A DNA stretch of 48,692 nt, the filler included, from Bipalium vagum (lineage: Eukaryota): the NCBI GenBank assembly GCA_037834085.1. It is 2 parts of 2 records of this genome, joined end to end, with 100 filler letters (N's around TTAATTAATTAA, not from the genome) between each part and the next. Parts side by side here need not be neighbours in the genome. Positions count along the whole stretch, not along the records: positions 22,690 to 48,692 come from JBBMKC010165654.1; 1 more part is not named here. One strand, 5' to 3'. Positions 28,635 to 41,579 of the stretch are shown here, piece after piece (the first letter of the stretch is position 1; each line of letters begins with the position of its first letter). Under the pieces are notes generated by a model. It was not told where the DNA came from and ran no database searches. It saw nothing but the letters and a program-made list of their open reading frames with translations. Position numbers and translations under genes: made by a program.

Positions 28635-29779
28635 TTAGGTATGGGAATTAGTTTCGATCGTTTAATTAGATTAATTACTAATATAAATATCGCGTATTTG
28701 TCATTGAGTATAAAACTAAAAAGTAATATTGTAATACACATAAGAAATCAATTTGTTTTAACTGATTAAATAGCTTATTTATTTTAGCGAAAATGCAAAA
28801 TCATAAACCAAGAAAACAATATTTGCGGGAATCGTTATTATTTAGCCCTAATTTAAAGAAATCAGTAACAATAGATTAGTGAATATACCCTGTCAGAATA
28901 AACATGGTGAGAATGTTATCGACGATTTAAGAGAGTTGACTTTAGCGTCGAAGACAAAAAACGTTCAGTTCAATCAAAGAAGTTCGAAGATGATGATTTA
29001 CAAGTCGTAATCAAAGAAGACCCATGCCAAACGCTTGACAAAATAGCACAGACATCGAATTTTGACAGGTCAACTGCTTGTAAACGCATGCACGCATTGT
29101 GAATAATCAAAAAATATGGAAAATGGATACCATTCGATTTGACCTAAAGGCAGTAAAAAATTTTAAAAATTGTAACTTGTGATAAAAAATGGGTGTAGAA
29201 TAAGAATCCCAAGAGCAGAAAATCATGGTCAATGCCCGGAGAACCACGCACATTGACAGTAAATAGACGAACAGATATAAAGTGATGCGTGTATCTGATG
29301 GACCCAAACGGGAGTATTATACAATGAGCTTCTCAAACCATCCGAACCTGTAACTGATGATCGATATCAGCAGCAATAAATCAATTTAGGTCAAGTATTA
29401 AGTACCAAGAGACCACAATATGACCTAAGACATAATGAGATCATTTTGCGACACGATAACACCAGACTACAATTTGAAAGAACAGTTAAAGAAACATTAA
29501 AAAGATTTGGATGGGAGGTTCTACTTCACCTGCCGTACTCACCAGACATAACGCGATCTGACTGTCACTTGTTTCGATCCATACAGGATTCTCTTACTGG
29601 ACAGACCTTCAATTCAAATGTCAAAAATGGATGGATCATTGAATTGCCTCAAAGAATCAAGATATCTTTTACCGCAGAAACCAACGGAAAATATTTTTAC
29701 TGAAATAAATGTTTTGTTAATTTTAAATAAACGACTTTATTTTCATAAAAAAAAGATGGGAATTAATTCCTATACCTCA
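28635..29779 (+). mobile_element. Near-complete decayed mauritiana-type mariner with both TIRs
   Basis: TIRs TA|TTAGGTATGGGAATTAGTTTCGATC and GATGGGAATTAATTCCTATACCTCA|TA. The transposase pseudogene at 28793-29703 reads MQNHKPRKQYLRESLLF, RFKRVDFSVEDK, EDPCQTL, YNELLKP, HDNTR and WEVLLHLPYSPDITRSDCHLFRS. Confidence 0.92.
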
Positions 29780-29784
29780 TACTT

Positions 29785-29915
29785 TGGCCAGATAAGAATG
29801 CTAGCGGATCCGTTGCGTTAAATCATTGAAGCTGGTGGACTTTATTTTGAAGAGTAGTATTATTGTTGTATATAAATAAATATATTATTCATAGCAAGAA
29901 TTTTGGATCACCCTT
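29785..29915 (+). mobile_element. 3' end fragment of another mariner
   Basis: IRMLADPLR*IIEAGGLYFEE* followed by the TIR-like gcaagaattttggatcaccct. Confidence 0.55.
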
Positions 29916-30780
29916 TTTAATAAAACTCTGTGTCCTAAAACGAAGGAAACTTATACTTACCCCAAATATTAACATATAGTATTAAAAAATAATGAAAATA
30001 TCAAGATTTCTGAATGAATATTTTCCAATGAACTCAGCGAAAAAAAGTGATTGAAAGGAAAATAAATGGAAAAAATCAATTTCCTAAATTATTTATTGAT
30101 CATTGTGAGCATTAAAATGTTTTAAATAATTTTAATTAATTTAAATATTTATTATTTAATTAAATAATTTGTTTGAATAATTGTTATATTAAAATATACA
30201 TATATCAACCGATATAAATGTAACTAACAATCATCACTCACATTTTTTATGATGTTTTTAATATTTTTATATTATTATTGTATATTATCAAAAAATATTC
30301 TTCTTAAACCAGAAGCCAACTCTATTGAAGGATAACTTCAGGTAAAAATTTTTAATTTTTTTGTTTGAAAAATAATTCCCACAATTATTTCACTTAATTT
30401 ATTTCACAGTGAAAATAATAATTTTTTCTATTGATTTTCTAAAGGAAATACATAAGGAAGACAGTACAGAGAGCTTTTATTGAATTAACACAAATGTTGG
30501 TAACTGAAATTTTTTAAATGGATTTATTTATAAGTTTTTATGGTAAATTAAATTTTTCATTTTTTCAGTTATTAAAAATTTTTTAAAAATATTTCTGGGA
30601 CATCCCAAGTACTGTTTTGAATTTCCGTGGAAAGAATTTTTTAAAATATTAAAAATTCTATATTTTTTCTATTCCATGGTCTATAGTATTTTTAGCTTGT
30701 ATAAAAAATTTCCGCCGATTTTTCGGAATGACAGGGAAAAACTTACTCAGATATTTATATTGATGTTTTATTTGTTTAAA

Positions 30781-30950
30781 TATTAAATTTGTGCGTTGAA
30801 AATGAGCCTTTTTTTAGCAACTTTGAATAATTATTTACATATAAACAGAAAAAGATACACTATTCAAAGTAATGACCATCGTTAGCAGTGATTTTGGCCC
30901 ATCGTTCAGGAAGTTGAACCAATTCCGGGAAGAAAAAATCAGCTTCCAAT
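30781..30950 (-). mobile_element. Mariner 3' end fragment
   Basis: The minus strand reads ADFFFPELVQLPERWAKITANDGHYFE*. A TIR-like end lies near 30781. Confidence 0.75.
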
Positions 30951-30984
30951 CAGTGACCAAGTTTTCTAACTAACATATCAAAAA

Positions 30985-31320
30985 GTGAATCAAATCATTT
31001 AGAAAGTGGAGGAAGACAGGCATATTGGTAGCCGTGAAGACCTCGGTATTAATTATCAAATCATTTTAAACCATTTAAAGAAAGCTGATTTTATAAAGAA
31101 ACTGAATGTTTGAATTCCCCATGTATTAACTTGAAAAACTTAATAGACCAAATTTCAAAATGCCAAACATTGGTGAAAATAAACTTGATCGAACCATTTT
31201 TGAAACGTCTTCTTAGAAGTGAGGAAAAGTGGATTAGGTACGAGAACAATGTTAGTAAACGATCTTCCACAAAACGTGATGAGACCCATCAAACCGTGGT
31301 AAAGCCGAAATTGACGCCAA
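30985..31320 (+). mobile_element. Mellifera-type mariner internal fragment
   Basis: KVEEDRHIGSRE..ILNHLKKADFIKKLNV*IPH..KNLIDQISKC..IEPFLKRLLRSEEKWIRYENNVSKRS..QTVVKPKLTP. Confidence 0.85.
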
Positions 31321-31869
31321 TTTAATTTAGTGTCTGACTTGTATTTCTTTACATTCATTTTTTGGCTACACCGGATGTGCCAGTGGAAAACGATTTACAG
31401 ATCATTGACCAAAAATGTAGTATATCCATATAATCACACCTCTGGTGTCAGAATAAAATTAAAAATTGTAGACCAGTGTTATTAAATTTATCATTTTTAC
31501 TTTTAATTAAAAAATAATTATTATTTTAGGCCCAAGAAAAATTTATTGATTAAATAATTTTTTTCCTTCAATTAAAGTTTTTTTTATTTTAATAAAGAAC
31601 CATAGAGAAAGTTTTATGACAAAAATATTTTTAAAAATTTTCTAAGACCAATGGAGTATGGAAAATTGTGGACGCACAGGATGCATTATTTTATGATATT
31701 TTATAGTCCTTAGTTATTTTTAGTGACCCAGCTTTCACTAAGCTCAAATGGTCATTAAAAGATAGATATTATCTTACTATGCCTCATTTCATTGGCTTTA
31801 TTACATCCAAAAATATCTTGTAAGTTCTTTGTTTGCCATGCTCTTAAGAACAAGTATTAAAACATTATT

Positions 31870-32330
31870 TAAGACATGATATGATATAGAGGCTGCAAAT
31901 CTGACAAAAGCTTAACGATGCCATCAAACAAAACCGAAGGCTAAATGTAGGGCAATCCTTTCCCGTATCAAGATGACACACGGAAGTCGATTCTTTTTTC
32001 AGACGAGAAAATCTCCCTATCTCAAAATTTTAATAAACAAAATTATAGTCGATACTGTTTCTATCAATGACGAATGCAATAAAGGAAGATTTGTGGGATA
32101 ATGATAATTGGTCATGGGTTGGATATGAATTTTAACTGATGGAAAAATTGACCTTATTTTCATACCTCAAGGAACAAAACTGAGCAAAAAATCCTACCTG
32201 GATTTAATTCCAGTGAAAGAAGTGCTAAAATAGAGATTTTGCTTCTAACAAGTGACTACACCTTCCAATAAGGCTAAAGTTATTCAAGGGAGTTTTCCCA
32301 ACAAGTTTTCTAATTTCTTCACAGTTACAG
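31870..32330 (+). mobile_element. maT/DD37D-like transposase remnant
   Basis: AKCRAILSR..KSILFSDEK..QNFNKQN, LIFIPQGTKLSKKSYLDL, and a degenerate FQQDSAPSHKAK (FCF*QVTTPSNKAK). Confidence 0.7.
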
Positions 32331-32435
32331 TCTTACATCAACTCAAGTGGACACACTAGTTTTGCTTCCATCAAACCTTAAATCGGAATATTCCAATTCA
32401 CACTTTTATGAATCTAATTGAAAACGAATAAAATA

Positions 32436-32970
32436 CAAGGTGTCTCGTAAAATGTATATACACATAATTGATAGTGTGATCTAACCTCTGCATATAGCAT
32501 TTCATATGGTGGCGCTTTAAAGTGAACAGAATCTTTTGAGATTCCTATCTTGTCTCATAAAGGTTTGTGGGTTTTGATTAAACAATTCCAGTATTCTTTC
32601 TCCATCTGTGGTACTTGTCGATATTCTCCGTCTTCCAAAACGGTTCTTGTTGACACTATTAATAGTTCCATCTTTATTAAAGTGATTGTCGGTCTTGTTA
32701 GAGAATCTATCTGACACTCTTTCTTGAAAATGGACTGTACCTCTTTTAGGTTTTCAAACTTGAAATAATTTTTGTTAATAGATTTTCGCTGCTCAAACCT
32801 CAACTTACCTTTCAAAATTCACGATTTAGGAATTAACTTATAGGTTTAAAATAGTGGTAATTTCTTATCAGTTATTGGAGTACTTAAACAAACTATGAAA
32901 CAAGTAATAAGGACTTATAATTACTTAACGATTTACATATAAAGTTTGTATACATTTTTGAGATACCCTG
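32436..32970 (-). mobile_element. Internally deleted rosa/DD41D-like element (535 bp) with TIRs and TA TSD
   Basis: TA|CAAGGTGTCTCGTAAAATGTATA ... TATACATTTTTGAGATACCCTG|TA. The minus strand reads (KG)KLRFEQRKSINKNYFKFENLKEVQ...TRPTIT / FNKDGTINSVNKNRFGRRRIST...FNQNPQTFMRQ (N-terminal HTH), fused to the extreme C-terminus. Confidence 0.85.
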
Positions 32971-32976
32971 TACATA

Positions 32977-34443
32977 CAGTGCTCCAACTAATTATTGCCG
33001 CACTAAGAAAATGCATATTTTTTATAATTAGAAGATATCAAAGTTATTAATATTTATATATAAGTAATATAACAATATATGCATCCTATTAATATAAATG
33101 TTTATTTATTTATTTACGAAATAAATTTTTTAAAAAGTAAAAATTAACTAAAAAAATACCAATAATTTATTGCTGCATATTTACAAAAGACGTATATTAT
33201 AAAAAAATATATTTTGAATTATTTTTCGATTGTTAATATTTAGTTGAACTTCCATGGGAATAAATCACTCTATAAATTCTATTTGTCATAGAATTTACCA
33301 GTGCTTGCAGAAAGCTGTTATCGATTTCTTCTCAACAGCAAATTACCTCTCGTTCCAGCTCTGAAATTGATTCTTATTGTTTTCCTTTAACGTAAACCAA
33401 ACGTGCTAGTATCCCCCAAAGATTTTTTATGGGATTCAGTTCTGGTGAATAGGGCGGCCAAGACATAACATCAATATTTCTGTCTTGTAGCCATTGCGAA
33501 TTAGAACGTGCAACATGGCTTCGACAATTATCCTGTTGAAAATTGGTTTGTCTCCGCAAAAATCATTCATAAATGGAAGTAAATGTCGTCCAGTGTGTCT
33601 ATTCAAAAAAGATATCCCCCCCTTCCGCAAATCGGGCCAATAATATGCGTAACCGCCAGGTCCATCCAAATAAGTCTTCTTCTCGTCACTACAGATGACC
33701 TCTTCCCATTCGGTGACCAACGACATTTTCTCTTTAGCCCAGCAGACACGATTGATTTTATGTTGTGGCTTCAAAGGAGGTTTTACCAACATCTTCTTAT
33801 ACCGGACCATCCAAGATTTATTTAAATATTTCTAATACTCTCTACGGATCAATTTTTTGAATAGCGTTTTTATTTTCGCACAGGATATGCTTCGGTTGAT
33901 GGCATTCCTAAAAATGAAACCCTTCGTTGCTGCGGAAATCTTTGCCTTAGGACCCCGTGTCTTCTTTTCTTTATTTTTCTTCTTCAAAAAGTATCTTATA
34001 CTACTTTAATTCTTCCCTAACTTAGTGCCGATCTACCTGTTCGATTTTCCGGCGTCGTGGTAGGCATAGATCATTCCCTTCTAAATGTCGGTTAATCTTG
34101 CAATTTTACTCATCTTACTAAATAATTTTTTTATAAAATCTTAGTATTCGACAGACAGAAGTACTTACATTTAATATTTAATCTTCAAACGTTTAATTTA
34201 TATTATTTGATTTAAGTAATTTCACTTTTAAATTAGTGCGGCAATAATGATTTGGAATTAATTATCTGATATATTATAACAAATCAGTTTTATGTTAAGT
34301 AAGCAGTTGATTAGGTAGCCAAAAGTTATTTTAAAATCTTACAAATATTTCATGTATAATACAATAATAAAAAAATCATTTCAATTTAAATTAGTTAAGA
34401 TTTATTATATTTTCAAGGTGCGGCAATAATAGTTGGGACACTG
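32977..34443 (-). mobile_element. Tc3-like (Tc1 family, DD34E) transposon with IR/DR-type ends; transposase pseudogene 34113-33233
   Basis: TA|CAGTGCTCCAACTAATTATTGCCGCAC ... GTGCGGCAATAATAGTTGGGACACTG|TA, with inner copies of the binding motif at ~33159-33178 and ~34236-34255. Protein motifs: KPPLKPQHKINRVCWA, WEEVICSDEKKTYLDGPGG..YYWPDLRK, FQQDN, WPPYSPELNPIKNLWGILARLVY. In-frame stops and a deletion are present. Confidence 0.95.
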
Positions 34444-37249
34444 TATAATAATATTGCAATATGTTATACAATATAAATGTAAAATGTATTTTTTTATACT
34501 TGCACAATTTTGAAAGTGAGATATTTATTTTTCATTCTGTCAGGTGACTTTCCATACTTGGTATTATTCATAAAAAGTCGCGTTTTTTCATGAAGTTAGA
34601 TCACAACTACTTACTATTGCCAACTCTCAATACATATCAAACAACCTATTTATTTAGAGACCGACTCAATGATACTTTTACGGAGGTCTGCTGATTATGA
34701 TATAACGACAATGATATTTTTTGACAACGCTGTTATTATGTAACCTTATTTTATACTACCTCCTTCGATAAAAAATGGTCAAATCATTGAGAAATTTTCA
34801 TAAATTTTTCCTAAGACTTTTATTGATGTGTCCGATCAATAGATTTTCCGTTTTATTTATTTTTCCAAACAACAATTATGTTTCCAAGGTGACGCTCTGA
34901 AAGAATTTCTCTAAAAGTTCATCTAAAGAATTATGCAAACACATCAGAACTTTGACCCCAAAACAAACGTTAATATTGTTCGCATCCTTTTTATATTAAC
35001 TTCCTAAACAAATGAAAATTAGACATAAAAGAACTTATTCAACTGTAGAAAATAATAAAAAACTAACAAAAATTATTCCTTTTTTCATGTTCACTTAGTC
35101 AGTCTCTTTACTTATTTAATTTATTATTATAAATTAAGGATTTCTAACATCCCTTTCAGAAAAAGGTAATTATTAAATATTTGTTTAAATAATTAAAATA
35201 TTTTTTTAAATAATTAAAATATTTTTAAAATAATAAAGCTTTAAGCTTTTAGTAAAATATAGTTTTAAAATAAATTAACGTAATAAAGAAGACAAATATA
35301 TACAAAACCAATATTTAAGCTACAAATATTTCAGAATAATAATAAAAATAAAAATTACAATTAATAGTATTATTAATAATAAAAAATAAATAAAAATAAA
35401 TAAATAAAATAATAATAATAATTAATAATAATAATAATAACAATATTAATAATAGCAAAGTTTTGAAAAACTGTCATTATAAGGAAACCCCAAAACCAGT
35501 TCTCCAACTGCAACAGTCTCCGTCAAGTCTCATTCAGTGTCCGATGACATCATTAGGATCTGTCGAAAATTCCTTTCAATTTGCATCCTCATTATCATTA
35601 ATTAATAATATCTGTTTCATATTTCATTCTCAAATAACACTCGTCTCTCTTAAGTTGATTAATAACCATTTAAGACTTTATAATTAGCCTCCCAGTTTCC
35701 CATGTCCTTACGAAGGCTTTCTCTAGAGATTTCCCCACAATTTTTTAAATCGATTAAAAATTCTTCAGGTAACACGGAGTGTTTATTAATTACATTTGGC
35801 CAGGGAGGTTGCAATGTTATCAGTTGGGATAAATGAGATTATGTGATCACTTAAATGTCCTCATAAGCTTTTTTGGATTTCCTATTCTCGAAGGTCTCCT
35901 TCTCGTCTGGGAAGTGGGAGCTGAGTGATCTGTATAAATGGACTGGAAAATGGTGAAAAGAAGTGAAAAATTAAAACAAAAAATTAATAAAACCTAATAA
36001 GAAAAGATCAATTTTTTTGTTGGAATCTTTTCCAGCCCTCAGCAAAATTTTGAAGAAAAATGTATATATATATATATTGTGGACACCATTTTCTGACAAT
36101 GGCAGTTTGCGTCTGGGGCAAATCGTCGATGGGAAAGCCGGGTGACAATTAATTTGGAAATCACGATTCAGGTTCACAGTGGAAACGTTTGGAGGTGATG
36201 CTAAAGGGGAGAATTCGTTCAATTGTGCAGGGAAATCGGTTTTAACAAATGTCAATTGCGATATGGAAACCTCAGGTTTGGATAGTTAATGAGCGACATC
36301 ATACAACGATTTATCCGACCGAAACGTTATGTTATGAAGAGAAAATTATTTATAAATCATCGAATTTAGATTGAATATTTGACCTTTTTCAAGTCTTACA
36401 ACTTGTGATCCATGTGCCCAAGGCCCGACAAGTTCGGTGGGAAAATTGCTTAATCGGATTAACAGCCATACTTGCATTAATTGGGAATTGCTTTGACAAA
36501 CGGAACAATTGGAACATGGAACGTGTTAATGTTTCTGTTCCTGTTTAACTTGCCAGAAATATCAAAAAGATTTAACAATATTTTTAAAATTTTTAAAAAA
36601 AAATTGTTATTATTATTATTAATAAATTAATAATAATATTTTTTAATATTTTAAATAATATGTTTTAAAACTTAATATCCTAATTAAAATTAAAATAAAA
36701 TTATCATTATTATTAGTGTTATATATTTTTTCATTAAATAATTTCTCCTGATACATATTAATAAATTAAATTTAATGTTAAAATATAATTAAAAATTTTT
36801 AATAATATTTTGAATTATTTGTATAATTAATTTTAAACTGTTTTTTTATTATTTTCATTATGATTTTTATTATTAATATTATTACTTTATTTTTTATATT
36901 TTTATATTGATTATTCTTTTAAATACATTTTTAACAAATAATATGTTATTTCTCCATGAAGATATAAATAAATCATATTTAATTGGAACAAATTAATATA
37001 AATTTTTGAAAAATATTGTTAATTATTTGTATAATTATGTTGTTAGTAATTTATTATTATTAATTTATTTTCAATTTTTTATAAATATATTTTCAACAAA
37101 TAATATCTAATTTCTCTTTAAAAATAATTATTTTATGTCAGTAATTTATTTTACTAAAAATATTATAATGATTTATTAAAAATTATTGTTTTCACCTTCT
37201 GTTCTGTAAGAGGAATTCATGAAATATTTTTAACCGTGCTCTATTCTCA

Positions 37250-37593
37250 CGAGACCCCGTTCTCTCATTCTCCAATCATTTTTGTCTCAATAACATCTTT
37301 GTAAAACGACCGGTAATACTTGTACACAAAAGACTGAATAGAGAAACCACTGACTTTGCCAGAATAAGGTCCCGACCCATATTGAGTTGTTTGGAAAGTC
37401 ACTTCGCATATTTTAGTAAAACGTAAGACCAAATGCTTTATTAGTAATAAATATTTTAATAAATATTTTTAATATAATTGTTCTTTTTGTTCCAAGACCT
37501 TCGATCTACCATGAAATTTGAGTATTTAAGTGCTTTAAATTAGGATTTAAAGATAGGTATAAAAAAGCGAGTGACTTTCCGATCAACCAAATA
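37250..37593 (-). mobile_element. Possible mariner 5' remnant
   Basis: TIR-like TATATTTGGTTGATCGGAAAGTC on the minus strand near 37593, and FVYKYYRSFYKD resembling the mariner HTH. Confidence 0.35.
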
Positions 37594-38859
37594 TAATCAA
37601 TGAACGAAATTCAATCTTATGTTTAAAACAATTAAAAAAATAATAGTTTCAAAATAATAACCGAAGATTTCCAAAGAGTGACCAATTGAATTATAATTTT
37701 TATCAAATAAAATACGCAATGAATTGTGAAAAATATAAGTAGCAATTTGTAAAACTTAATTACAATTATTTATTTTTATATTTTCAAGTTATCGTGCATG
37801 TTTGACCATGTCGAAAATCGTCTCATTGGTTTCGCACTTGGTTAATGCACAAGTTTTAATTGCTGCTGGCTTCCCACTGTCTTCGGGAACGGTAGAGATT
37901 GCCCATGAAGGGGGAAAACGTAACCAAATTATGTAAACAGTAATTAAGTGTAAAGAATCATTTAGTTTTTTCCTCTTGACAGTCGTAAAATATGATACAT
38001 AAGACAATCTGGTTTGAAATGAGGTAAAATTACACATAAAAATCGTTACTCGAATCAAAGTATGGAAATTAAAACCAATTACCCTAATGAAATGGTGCAC
38101 CATTTCACACTTCCACCGAAGATTGATACCATAAAAAGTAATTGTGGCGATCTGTTATTGATATCATTCTGAAAGTCGCCCGTGTTTTATGCAGATCCCA
38201 CATTTCCCGACCGTTTCCCATCGTGGCATTTAATTTATTGGCCACAAACGTATTTTGATATATTTTCCAAATAATAATATTTTATTATTATTATAAAGAA
38301 ATGAGTAATGAATTAGTAAAACTGTTTTAAACAAATAAAATGGGTAATAACAATTTTAATATTTTTTAATTAATTGTATTCCTTTGATAAATATTATTTT
38401 TCATTTTGTGGAATTAACTTCGGTGGACGGTGACTTGACGTGGGGCAGCTTGATTACAAAAGAACATCTAAAGTGTTTCTGTCAGATATCCGTCCAGCAT
38501 CTCGGTTGAAATAATAATAATAATAATAAATAAATATTATTATTTCATTTTTCACACCATTTCACAAGGACAGCAACCACCTTTTATTGCTAATGGTAAC
38601 CTATGGTAAATCGGCAATGATGAAAATTAATTAATTCTGGAAAATTAATTATTGTTTTGGTTTGTTTATCACAACATTAATTAGCTTAGATGTATCCTTT
38701 CCTTTATTGATGTCAATCAGACAATTTTCCACCATTAATCGGCCATCTTTAATTATTGAATATTTTTAATTTTATTTTTTTGATTAACTGCACTCTTTTA
38801 ATTAGTTCCATTATTCGAGTTAATTACAATAAAAGAATTATTTACTTCTACTACTAGTA

Positions 38860-38922
38860 CTACCACTACAACTTCTAATAATAGTAACAATAACAGTAAT
38901 AATAATGATAATAATAATAATA
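38860..38922. repeat. Compound trinucleotide microsatellite (ACT/ACA/AAT)
   Basis: ctactagtactaccactacaacttctaataatagtaacaataacagtaataataat... Confidence 0.7.
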
Positions 38923-39535
38923 GTTTTGATTTTATACAACAATAAATATTTTCTATTTTATAATTTTGCAAAATATTTATAAAATATCTTTTTATTCTTT
39001 TATATCAAGGAAATTATAAAAATTTAATTAATAATTATTATTAATTATAAATAATAAACATTAGTTAATAAACATTTAATTAAAAATTCTACAAATAATT
39101 TTTTGTTTTTTAAATTTTCTTAACTTTTGTGTACATACCTTTGACATTAATGATTTATTATATTTCACATCTTTGGTGCAATTTTGGTAACGTTCTTATA
39201 AAGTGCTACTTTATTTGAAGACATTACGAAGCGTGGTTAAGTTCAACGATGACTTTATTCACAATAAATCATGGAAGAAACAATAATCTTTATTTTTCAT
39301 TTACGAAATTACTCAATAAATGTCAACAAAGTTCTAAGCTGTAATTAATTAAAAGAAATCACCAACTCATATGCACTGAATCAGATCAAACTTTCTGTCA
39401 GTTGAGAAAATTTCACACAGGACTCTTCTCCATTCTAACATCACTTTATATTAAAAAAACGAAAATATCGCTGAGAATGCGTAAAAATAGTCAATAATAA
39501 AATAATCGATACATCAATGTCATTAATTAATAATA

Positions 39536-39934
39536 TAGGGTTTTATAGCGATTTTCAACATTTTTTCAATCATTTTCAACAATTTTCAAACAAATGCAAC
39601 ATTTTTAAAACCAATTTCAACATTTGTTTATAAAAAGAAAATATAGTACTTTTCATTATATATTTATAATACAAAATTCCTTTTAATCATTTATAATTTC
39701 ATTGTTCATGGATCTGTGAACATATCGAAACATATTTCTCCAATATCCTTCGCAATTTTCTTTAGTAATCAAACTTGCTGCTTTAGATATCTGAATGATT
39801 AAAATGAATTTTGTATTATAAATATATATTGAAAAGTATGTTACCAAATGTTGAAATTGATTTTAAAAATGTTGCATTTGATTGAAAATTGTTGAAAATG
39901 ATTGAAAAATGTTGAAAATCGCTGTAAAACCCTA
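39536..39934 (-). mobile_element. ~400-bp MITE with ~150-bp TIRs, derived from a Tc1/IS630-type element
   Basis: TA|TAGGGTTTTATAGCGATTTTCAAC... and ...GTTGAAAATCGCTGTAAAACCCTA|TA. The TIRs are built from repeated TTTTCAA(C) motifs. The core encodes ISKAASLITKENCEGYWRNMFRYVHRSMNNEIIND* on the minus strand, typical of Tc1/IS630 C-termini. Confidence 0.9.
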
Positions 39935-40745
39935 TAATTAACGAATATAGCCTGAGAAATAAATTTAAAGTCCTTAAAATGTGTATCCTGAAACCTTTAG
40001 ATTATTTTATATAACAGTTTTTTCGTATATATCTTTTCTATTTTAATTATGTTGGATTTACCAAAGGTACTAAACGGTTAAATTATAATGGAAGGGTCAC
40101 TTGAGGGTCGGATGATATAAAAAGGCGCACTATAGTCTGATAAACAATTTAATTAAATAATAATAATTGGTAAAACAACAATAACATGTTTTCTATATGC
40201 TTTCATGAAAAGAATTTTGCTTAAAATTTTTTGATAAAATCTTGTAATTAAATCAATTAACCGCTAGCACGTTAAAAATAATAATTCAAATATTTATAAT
40301 AAAAAAATAATATAAAATATTACCTTTGGGAAATTTAATTTCTTTAACTAAGCTCAAAATCAATAAGGGATTCTTTTGATAAGAGATTTTATCAAAGCAA
40401 AAATTATAAATGTTAATAATATTACGATTCGAAATTTATTAAGAAATTTTGTAAAAAGTTCTAAATAAATGAAACCTTTTGATATACTTCAAACAGAAAA
40501 CAAAAGCTAAAATTATCACAACAATATTTTATTTTAGCTAATCCTTTTTGTTAGCATCTTTGTGATTTTGGTTTTGTAATGCTACAGATGACTGAGGTGA
40601 AATTAATTTTTTAAAAGATCCGCCCAAAACAATTTTTAAAACAATTTTTCCAAAAATGTTTTCCTGTTTCAGTTTTTAGGACTATTAGGTAACCATAAAC
40701 ACAAAAAAACTAAAAAGAAAAAGATTTAGTTAAAAAGAAAAGATA

Positions 40746-41300
40746 CAGTCAAAACTGGATAAGTTAACGTCAACAGTGTACAAGAATCATGTGCACTTAT
40801 CCGCTTTATCATTTTTAATTGATTTTTTTAATAACAAATAACTTTAAATTAATTTAAAGTCAAAAAAATATAACAAAATTTATTAATTATTAAACAACAT
40901 AATTAGTGAAAAAATCGGTTATCTTTATCTGTATCTTCTTTGCAACACTCAATGAAACAATTGATATTTCTCTTTGCCCAAAGTTCTTGTTTCCCTGTTA
41001 TTCTGCTCAAAGTAGGCACAGATTTTTCTTAAGGCCTCAAATCAATCCTTGCGATGAAATTGTTCTTTTTCTTCTATTTCTTGATCATCAGCATTATTTT
41101 TCTGTTCCAATACCTCCTTGACAATTTCATCTGCAGTCAATTCGTCGTAAAAATTTAGATTTTCATCACATTTGACAGTCTTTAAATCTTTCCTCTGTTA
41201 TTTCTAGCTGCATCATTTCCACAACATCGGGTACTTCTTCTTTGTCTGAAAATGGAAAACCTACTTTTCTGAAACAATTTTTAACATCAGTAGTTAGATA
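40746..41300 (-). mobile_element. pogo/Tigger transposon 3' remnant
   Basis: Terminus TA|CAGTCAAAACTGGATAAG. The minus strand reads DVKNCFRKVGF...DENLNFYDELTADEIVKEV...KKIQIKITDFF. Confidence 0.8.
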
Positions 41301-41579
41301 AAGTGTACGTTTATCCCGATTAAATATTGGTGCTACTTTTGATTGGTTTGCTGTACATAAGTAAAGCATTGTGAATATCTTCCGGTGTAACCATTGAAAA
41401 TGAAATTAGTTAATTTAACAAAACAATTCATTAACCAATAAAAATTATTATTTTATTGATTTAAATAGTTGAATTTCGGTTAGTTCCCGTTTTGTTTAAT
41501 TTTAATTTTAATTTTATTTAATTGTTTTTAGATATTTAAAATATTTTAGATATGAAAGTTTATCGTCCTCTCTAGGGCC

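Noticed and set aside
30781-31320. A second case of inverted 3'-end replacement
   Set aside because: The minus-strand C-terminus looks mauritiana-type and the plus-strand part mellifera-type, so they are probably two unrelated elements.
36433-36456. miR-278-like TCGGTGGGA; also miR-190-like AGATATGTTTG at ~18225
   Set aside because: No complementary arm nearby.
37789-38103. 104-aa ORF and other 60-100 aa ORFs between 35 and 48 kb
   Set aside because: No recognisable domain, and no consistent spliced chain could be built; small exons cannot be fully excluded without RNA data.
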